Positions 21,637 through 29,649 of a stretch of DNA of 29,649 nt are shown piece by piece; position 1 is the first letter of the stretch, and each line of letters opens with the position of its first letter. A program made the position numbers and the translations under genes. Where the stretch lies: the NCBI GenBank assembly GCA_947176435.1, contig CAMWQH010000001.1, forward strand, positions 1 through 29,649. Direction: 5' to 3'. A model generated the notes under the pieces. The model saw nothing but the letters and a program-made list of their open reading frames with translations, made no database searches and was not told the DNA's origin. This DNA comes from an uncultured Mycoplasmataceae bacterium (lineage in GTDB: Bacteria; Bacillota_I; Bacilli_A; Mycoplasmatales; Mycoplasmoidaceae).

Positions 21637-23322
21637 CTATTTTGAAAATATTATAGTTGTTATAACAAGTGGCTTTTTGCTAAATTTTTTATCGAACTGT
21701 TTACCAACAATTTTTCTAACAAATAATTTGTATTCTTTTACATCAAAAGTTTTAGCTTCTAACTGAGCCTTTGCATATTCATTTAATGATTTAACAAACT
21801 CTTCATTTAATTGTGACAAAGTCTCTTTTATTTGATCAGTAATGTTTAGTACTCCAACAGCATCAAAATTAAATTTGATAATTTGTTTAGTTTGATTTGA
21901 AAGTAATAAATTAGCAAGCACTACACCTGTCTCTTTCATCTGATCTCTTTCAAACATAGAACTTGTTTCTCCATCAAGTGAACCTTGAGAGTTAATAAAT
22001 TGTGGAGTTAATTTAATAAATTTCTTTGTTGGTAATAACTGTGTATTTTCAAAAGTAACTTTGTCTCCATTATCAAGAACCAAAACACTATTTTTATTAA
22101 TTCCCATTGATCAAGCACATTTTTTATATGCTTCAAAACTCATATGTAAACCACTTACAGGAATAATATATTTAGGTTTCAAACAATTAATGATAAATTT
22201 ATGGTCTTCGTTTGAAGCTTTCAATGGAAGAATTGTTTTCGGTAATTTATAAATTTGATTAATATTTGAACGATATAAATTATCAATTAAATTTGCTTCA
22301 GCTTTTTCATATCCAAATAATGTATTATTTGCATATACAAAGTTATCAGTTTCTTGTAATTGAACTTTTGGATCTTCTCCATTAATAATTTTTTGAAGCT
22401 TAACAAAATATTTTTCAAGAGAATCAACAATAAGAACAACAGCATTTGGATTTTGTTCTAATTGGGAATCATTAATGATTTTTAGATTTTTGATAAAAAG
22501 TTTTTTTGTCTCTTGTAAATGTTTGAAAGTATAAAAGAAGTTCTTACCATATATACAAATTGGTCTATCCATTGATGCACAAGCGCTAATTAATGATAGC
22601 ATACGATAAATTTCAAAATCATAACACGAAACTAAGACTCTTGAGTCAATATGTTCTTGCAAGATACCAATAAAATATTTTATGATGTGAGCATTAGGAT
22701 AAGTAAATCCTGTAGATTCACCAACAAGTCCCGATCCAACTATTAACGCTAAACATCTAGTACCAAAAGTTTGTGCAATTTTAAAATAATCATTTGGAAA
22801 TAAATCTCCAATACTTGAATTTAAAACAAAATCATCAATGTAGATTATCGCTCCATCTCTTGTATTAAATACAAATCCTGTTGAATGTGGTGTATATGAT
22901 GATACTTTAAACATTGTTACTGAAGCTTTACCAATTTGGTTAGCTTTCATTGGTTCAAGAACTCTAATGTTTAAGTTTAAAGTGTTATTTGTATTGTAAA
23001 ATAGATTTCTAAAATAGGTAATGATAATAGAAGCACTAATATCATTTGTATAAATAGGAATATTCGGTAAAAGCTTATATAGGTATTGTAATCCACCAAA
23101 GTTTATATATGTGGCATTACCAATAAAAATACCTTTAATCGCATTTTTATTATTAATAATCCATGAGTAATCAGGAATTATCTTTTTAATTCCTAACGAG
23201 GTTGAAGTTGGCAAAGAAATTCCACAATTCAAGATATAAATATCTCCGTCTATGGTTAATGAATAACATGGATTTTGTTTTTCATCCAATCCGCCAAAAC
23301 CTAGAAAATCAATTTTTGACAT
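21637..23322 (-). CDS. rnj: Ribonuclease J family, J2-like degenerate paralogue (561 aa)
   Basis: FLGFGGLDE start, KIIPDYSW, KPKYIIPVSG, VLVLDNGD and KKPLVITTII; ORF pieces join via TGA 22111. Confidence 0.85.
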
Positions 23323-23389
23323 AATAATATTAAAAAGTATATTAAGATTGTTATTGCTTTTTATTATATAGAGTTTTTATGAATGGTAT

Positions 23390-24094
23390 TTATTTTTTGA
23401 TCTTATTTATTTGTTTGCTCTTCTTGCTAAAAAAGAAATCAGATTCTTTAATGTACAAGAAATTTTCTGCAATATTTAGGGCATGATCAACATTTCTTTC
23501 AACATGCTTAAAAATAATAATTGCACCAGTTAAGATATTAGCAATTTCTTTTGCTGTCTTAGAATGAAGAATTTTAGATAACTCAACCATCGTAGAAGAA
23601 TATTTATCTTGATATGCATTTTGATATTTAACTGCTACTTCATATGTTTCAACAGCCTTTTTATTCATTAAACAATCTAATATTTTCTCAATATAACTTG
23701 ATGAATCCTTTATTGACGAAATCAATAAATCCCTAATTTTGTCACCAACTTTTTTGTGAGTATAGAAAAACTTTGCAGTGCTCATTACATAGTCAGCCAT
23801 TCTTTCCAAATCAGTGATTGAGTTTAAGATTGCAATAATAAATCTTAAATGATTCCCAACAGGTTGGTTCTTTGAAATTGCTCAAATTGAATCATCAAGA
23901 ATTTCGGCTTCAAAATGATTAGATTGATCTTCTAATTCGAAAAAAGTTTGAAGTTGCTCTTCTGAAATTGTTTCATTAGTTTGTAGAGTTTTATATAAGG
24001 TTCTTCAAGAGAAAATAACGTGTCTAGAAAATGCACGAAATTTTTCTAGTAATTCGTTTTCAGAATCTTTTAATAATGAATAGTTAGCTGCCAT
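23390..24094 (-). CDS. phoU: Phosphate transport regulator PhoU (234 aa)
   Basis: ATG 24094 is in frame with ORF 23390..23809 via TGA; LRFIIAIL..TDLERMADY and HVERNVDHALNIAE motifs; last gene of the pst operon. Confidence 0.88.
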
Positions 24095-24095
24095 T

Positions 24096-24215
24096 TTATC
24101 TTCCTTTTCTTGTAATCTTGGTTTTTCTAAATAAACTATACACAAAATAACCTAATGAACATCCAAATGTTAGTAATATTGTTGAAATAACTGTAGTAAT
24201 TCTATATTTATTCAT
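24096..24215 (-). CDS. Small 39-aa single-pass membrane protein
   Basis: MNKYRITTVISTILLTFGCSLGYFVYSLFRKTKITRKGR*; purine-rich RBS GAAGGGG upstream; fills the pstB-phoU gap, and its TAA is 1 nt before the phoU ATG. Confidence 0.6.
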   Translation of the reverse strand: MNKYRITTVISTILLTFGCSLGYFVYSLFRKTKITRKGR

Positions 24216-24227
24216 AATCAACCCCTT

Positions 24228-25184
24228 CTATCCAATTTTTCCGGAAATATATTCTCTTGTTTTCTTGTTATCAGGTGAAGTAAATATTTTTTTTGTTGTA
24301 TTTTTTTCAATTAATCTTCCCTGATAAAAAAACGCCGTGTCATCACTTACTCTTTGGGCTTGAGCCATGGAATGAGTAACAATAATAATTGTGAAATCTT
24401 TTTTAAGATTTAAAACAAGTCTCTCAATTTTAGAAGTAGCAATTGGATCAAGACCACTTGTAGGCTCATCCATTAACAAAACTTCTGGTTTAAGAGCAAT
24501 AGCCCTCGCAATACATAATCTTTGTTGTTGACCGCCAGATAAAGAAGTACCCAAATCATATAAATTATTTTTAACTTCATCTCAAAGAGCAGCACCTTTT
24601 AGTGATTCTTCAACAATTTGGTCTAATACTTTCTTATCATTAATACCATGTGATCTTGGACCATATGCAACATTATCATAAATACTCATTGGGAAAGGTG
24701 AAGGTTTTTGAAAAATCATTCCAACACGTGTAGTTAACTCTAATGTATTTAATTTTGGTGATTTCAAATTAATACCATCATCAAAATAAATGTTGCCTTC
24801 ACTATATGTATTATCAATTTGATCGTTCATTCTATTTAAACAACGCAAGAAAGTTGACTTACCACAACCAGAAGGGCCAATAAAAGCTGTAACTTTTTTA
24901 CGAGCTATTGTTGTATTAATATCTATTAATGCGTGTTTATTTTGGTTTCTATATCAAAAATTAAAATTTTCAACTTCAAAAATATTATTTTTATCAAAAT
25001 TTATTTTTTTTGTTTCTAATTCGTTCTTAATTTTATTTTTCAATGTTTTATAAATAGTTTTTTGATTCTTGTCTAAAAACAAATAGTAAAGAGGGGCAAC
25101 CACTTTATTTTTCTCTAAAATTTTTTTAACTTTTTGAGCATCATTTTGATCTTTATCAATAGATGTCTTCTTTACTTTTGCCAT
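24228..25184 (-). CDS. pstB: Phosphate ABC transporter ATPase with N-terminal extension (318 aa)
   Basis: Three ORF pieces in one frame joined through TGA; [35 protein letters not shown] and [10 protein letters not shown] motifs. Confidence 0.95.
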
Positions 25185-27253
25185 TATGTTAATTGTATGT
25201 AGTTATGTATTAATTGTATTTTATTAACAATAATATTGTTATTTTTATTTTTTTGTGCTTTTGAAAATATTCTTTTCTTTTTGTTTGTTTCTGATGGCGA
25301 ATCAGGTTTTGAATATTTTTTCTGAATTCTTTTTTGTTTTCACACAAAATAATAAGTAATTAATACATGTGAAATCATAATAATTAATAAAACTAAAATC
25401 ATTGTTATGAATGCACATTCATACATAACAGATGTACCTTGAGTAATATTTGCAGTATAAATTTGATCATAAATTCTAGTTGTCAAAGTTTGACCAGCAG
25501 TATTAAGAGCAATTGAACCCGAAGAAGATAAACCAGATGTTAAATATAACGGTGCGGTCTCAGCTAGAATTCTACCAATTGATAAAACGACACTTGTGGT
25601 AATTCCTTGAAGCGCTGTAGGTAAAACAATTTTTCTAATCGTTTCTCATTTTCCTGCCCCTAATGCCATTGAGTTTGTTCTTAATTCCTTAGGAACAGAT
25701 TGAAGAGCTTGTTGAATTGTTCTAATAAATGTTGGAAGAATAACTATTAATATAGTTAATGCACCAGCAATTAAAGATTTTCCTGCGCTTCCAGCCGATG
25801 ACATTCCACATGTTTGAATAAAGAAAATCAAACCAAACATACCAAATAAAATTGATGGTGTTGCACCAAGAGAATCAATAAAAAACAATAGAACTTTCTT
25901 TGTCTTACCATTCTTGGCAAATTCATTTAAATAAATTGCTATCAACAGTGACAAAGGCAATCCGATACCAATTGCTAAAACAATAATTAATAAAGTGTTT
26001 ACAAACGCTTGACCTGTTGTGTCTTTACCAAACAAAAATGCAGAAGAATATCCACTAGCGATCGCAACACCACCATAACCCAAAATATCAATCAAAATTC
26101 AAAACAAAAATGCAAGTGAAATAATTATCGAAACTCATTCTCAGAACATTTTCCATGAAGTGTAAAAGTTAGTCAAGAATTTATTTGACTTAACTCTTTT
26201 ATACAAATATTTAGAAATATCTTTCCCATCATATTCTTTAACTCTAAATATTTTTTTAAAACCTTTTTTAATTTGTCTTGGAACAAAAATTATTCATTCC
26301 CATGCTTTTTTTGTAAGTTGATTATATTTTTTGTTTTTTGAAGATTTTTGTTTGCTCAATCTCATTACAATAGCATTTAAAATCATAATAAAAACAAACA
26401 AGAATATACCAAATGCAAATAATAGTCCTTGAAGAGCAGGACCTCCACTTTCAGCAAACATATTAGCTGAAATTAAAGCACCTAAAGTTCTCAAATTTGA
26501 AGTTAATAATCCTCAAAAGCCTTGATCAAATGTATCATTAAAACCTTGAGATTGAAGGATCATTGAAACAGCCATTGTTTCTCCAATTGCTCTTGCTAAA
26601 GCAATAATTATTCCTACATATATACTTCCTTTAACTTCTTTTTTAACAACTTTGTAAATTGATCTAGTTCTAGTGTTTCCTAAAACCATTGAAGCAGATA
26701 TTAAATCATTATTTGCACCATCCAAAGCATTAAGTGTTAGTGATACTACAGTAGGTAATATCATAAAAATCAACATAATACCAGCTGTTAACAAACTGTA
26801 TGTAGTATCAAGATTAAAAATCTTTTTTACAATTAATCCTAGTGATTCAGCAGCAAATAAACCAAATATAACTGAAGGAATATCAGCTAGTAACTCAATA
26901 CCAACTCTAGTAACTTTTTTATATCTTTTTGGCAATCTATATTTAATAAAAATTGCCGTTTTAATTCCAATTGGTCCTGCAAAAATAATTGCTATTAATG
27001 AAATTAAAATTGTGACACATAACGGCAATCAAATAGAGGCTTTGTTGTTTGCTAAATCAAATGTTGAAGTAAATAAAATATTTTTAATACCGTATTCTTT
27101 AAATCCAGGAACTGAAGCATAAATAATAAAAATAATTAAAGCAAAAAACACTAATGCAAAAACCCATGATAAGAAACATGATAAACCTTTTGATACATGA
27201 TCCTGATTGGTTTTTTTGGACATCAATTTAGAATATGATTTATTTTTATTCAT
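25184..27253 (-). CDS. pstA: Fused PstC-PstA phosphate ABC permease (~689 aa)
   Basis: Single frame from ATG 27253 (GGAG RBS) to TAA 25184-25186 via TGA codons. Two permease modules: LADIPSVIFG..ALARAIGETMAV and LGATPSILFG..IGRILAETAP; TAATG overlap with pstB. Confidence 0.9.
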
Positions 27254-28433
27254 AAATTGCTCCAAACGATTCATCTAAACGAACATCATGTAAATCAAAA
27301 TCAGAAATTCTATAAGAATCATCTTTTTTCATTGAGTTCTTTTGATTTTCTGTCAGAGTTGCTGCTCCCATTTTATTTCAAATATCTTTTGTCTGAGTGT
27401 CATCCAATAAAAAGTTTTCAATGAAAGACAATTGACCTTCATCATTATCTAATGAAGTCATTAAATTAAGTGGTCTACATCAATTGTAATTACTGTTTTG
27501 CATATTTTCAACAGTGTATGAATATACTGTAGAATCACTTCCCTGATATCCAAAAACTCCATAGTGATTTTTCCTTATTAAATCTTCATTTTGTGCAATG
27601 AATCCTGAAGAAAGATATACAACCGAACCTGGTGTATTACTTTTCGAAAACATATCTCAAGCACGACTATTAGCTTCATCCGTTTGAACTAACTTTCAGT
27701 TACTTCCATAATTTCCGACTTCAAATGCCTTCTGCGTTCTATTTGACAATTTTTTTGAATCAAAATTTTTGTATCTTGAATATTCATAAAAAGATGCAGC
27801 AGTACCAGAAGTTAATGATCCACCAGTTCTAACATATGGGATCATTTTTGTATTCTTTAAAATCGAAATAATTGATGAATCAATATATTCACTTGCAAAA
27901 TCACCTAAAGTTGGATAGGAATTCACGTATGAATCGTCTGCAAAACCAGAAAACGCTTGATACAATTTTTCAATTGTGTTTTCTGAAACTGATAACATAC
28001 TCTTGTTATTGTCTGTAGGAAATAACATTTCATCAGTAATTAAAGAATTTTTTGGAGGAATATAAACCAGACAGATTGCTTCTCATGCAACTGTATAAGT
28101 TTTTATATTTTTGTCTTTCCATTTTTGCTCTAATTCATTTTTAGGATCTATAACAGAACTATATGGATCTTTTGAAGCATTACCAATGTTAGTAAATCCA
28201 TCTGCTACTTGGTCTATACCAAAACCAGAACCACCAGCATCAACTGTAATATCAATTGATTTGTGTGATTTTAAATAATCTTTTGATAATTCTTCAATAA
28301 ATGGTTTTACTCCAGACGAACCAACTGAAGTAATAGTAGTTTTGTTAGATCAATTTGTACTAAACCCTACAACAAATGCAAGCGGAATAAGATATGCAAC
28401 CGATATCAAGGTGTTTTTCAATCATCGCTTCAT
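27246..28433 (-). CDS. pstS: Phosphate ABC transporter substrate-binding protein (395 aa)
   Basis: ITSVGSSGVKPF, AGGSGFGI, VRTGGSLTSGT and YNWCRPLNL motifs; ATG 28433 to TAA 27246-27248 via TGA; N-terminal hydrophobic anchor without an obvious lipobox Cys. Confidence 0.88.
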
Positions 28434-28480
28434 GTTAGATAGGGTTAAATAATCTTTCGCACATATTATAAATATTATTA

Positions 28481-29077
28481 TTAATATTTAGTTTTATTTT
28501 TTATAGCGTATTTTAATGTTAAATTATCAGCATAATCTAGCGCTGAATTAATAGGCAATCCTAAAGCTATACGAAAAACTTCTGCATTAGAAATAGTATT
28601 GATTATTTTTTTAATGAAAGCGGCAGTGGCTTCACCGTTAACCGTTCAATTGGTTGCAATTATGACTTCTTTAATCTTACTCTTTTTAAGTAAATCCATT
28701 AGTTTTTGAACAACTTGTTGGTTTAAAACAGTTTTGTTTTTAACATCTAATTCACCATTTAAAATGTAATATCTTCCTGAATATGAATTTGTGTTTTCAA
28801 CTTTTTGTAAATCTTCTTGTGAAGAAACAATACACAATTTACTAGTGTCTCTATCTGAATTAGAACAAATATCGCAAACTTCACCAAAACAATAGTTATT
28901 ACAAATTTTACATATTTTAATTTTTTGTTTTGCTTGAGTTATTCTTCCAACAAATTCTTTAATGTATTGATCATCTTTTTTAATTAAAAAATGAGCAATT
29001 CTTTCAGCTTGCTTTTTCCCAACACCAGGAAGTGATTTAAGTGCATCTATTAAATAGTCAAATTCAGCGTTATTCAT
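28481..29077 (-). CDS. recR: Recombination mediator RecR (198 aa)
   Basis: LPGVGKKQAER, C4 zinc finger (CKIC..CDIC), IIATNW.VNGEATA and RIALGLP..LDYAD; TAA 28481-28483. Confidence 0.95.
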
Positions 29078-29079
29078 TA

Positions 29080-29388
29080 TTAAAATAAACCAGGCATTCC
29101 ACCTTTAGGCATAGCAGATGCTGTAATTTCATCTTTTGCAGCACTAACTTCTTTAATCGCAGCGCTAACCGCTTCAGCTACCATGTCTTGTAGTGTTGCT
29201 TTATCATCAGGATCTACTAACACATCACTAATAGTTATTGCCTTAATTTCTAATTTACCAGTTATTTTTACAACAACTGAAGAATTTTTATAATCATATT
29301 CAAATTCTTTAGCTTCAAACTCTTCAAGTTTTTTTGCCATTTCTCTTTGCATTTTTTGTGCTTGTTGCATGATGCTTTGGAAATTCAT
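29080..29388 (-). CDS. ybaB: YbaB/EbfC nucleoid-associated protein
   Basis: MQQAQKMQ, VVKITGKLEIKAITI, DPDDKATLQDMVAEAV and GMPGLF; canonical position upstream of recR. Confidence 0.92.
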   Translation of the reverse strand: MNFQSIMQQAQKMQREMAKKLEEFEAKEFEYDYKNSSVVVKITGKLEIKAITISDVLVDPDDKATLQDMVAEAVSAAIKEVSAAKDEITASAMPKGGMPGLF

Positions 29389-29453
29389 AATTAGTGGTCC
29401 TTTATTAAATAACTTTAATAAATTATACTTATAAAATATAAAATAAACATATT

Positions 29454-29649
29454 ATGGAAAACAAGAAATATAGTTGAGATTTAGAATGCTTATTAAAAGG
29501 TAAAACTTTAGATGGTTTAATTAAGAAATGAACAAATAAACAAGAAGAAATTTTAAAACTTTATCCTAATTTTTACAAAAGTCTATCTAATTTTAAAAAA
29601 TGATTAAAGGTTAATGAAGAAGATGAAGTTATTTCGAATAGATTAATGA
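29454..29649 (+). CDS. pepF: Probable oligoendopeptidase F (M3 family), 5' part only
   Basis: MENKKYSWDLECLLKG...W matches the typical PepF N-terminus (KY.WDL..L); the frame runs off the window. Confidence 0.65.

Noticed and set aside
1461-27122. Shadow ORFs in the track (1461..1772, 12381..12581, 13466..13774, 13758..13976, 15017..15280, 16827..17045, 17046..17258, 18180..18371, 22061..22252, 26673..27122)
   Set aside because: All lie antisense or out of frame within well-supported genes and have no recognisable motifs.
25184-27253. PstC-PstA fusion and N-extended PstB as novelties
   Set aside because: Comparable arrangements are known from pneumoniae-group mycoplasmas.
1-29649. Apparent mass pseudogenisation (genes split into many short ORFs)
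   Set aside because: The breaks are in-frame TGA codons, often at expected Trp positions, and the fragments stay in one frame. This is genetic code 4, not decay; only the IS transposase has true frameshifts.

Overview
Very AT-rich chromosomal window from a Mollicute using genetic code 4 (TGA = Trp). The code-11 ORF track chops nearly every gene at in-frame TGA codons, so I re-joined the fragments by hand. The gene repertoire (stand-alone tuf, PstC-PstA fusion, N-extended PstB, degenerate RNase J2, DUF31-type proteases) resembles Mycoplasmoidaceae (Malacoplasma/Ureaplasma-like); that placement is inference. Left to right: a 5'-truncated fused purL and purE (de novo purine synthesis, unusual for mycoplasmas), two tandem lipoprotein serine proteases (one carrying two Ig-like repeats), tuf, HIT, rarA, rnmV and prs. 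A ~570-nt non-coding stretch follows, built of ~212-nt tandem units with compensatory base changes. Next come two large uncharacterised surface proteins (955 and 896 aa), a decayed IS481-like element, ffs, rnpB, an FtsK homologue with degenerate ATPase motifs, and RNase J2. The window ends with a pstS-pstCA-pstB-(39-aa ORF)-phoU operon, recR, ybaB and the start of pepF. No tRNA, rRNA or CRISPR array was seen. The best candidates for novelty are the covarying tandem structured repeat at ~11470-12040 and the Ig-repeat protease pair.
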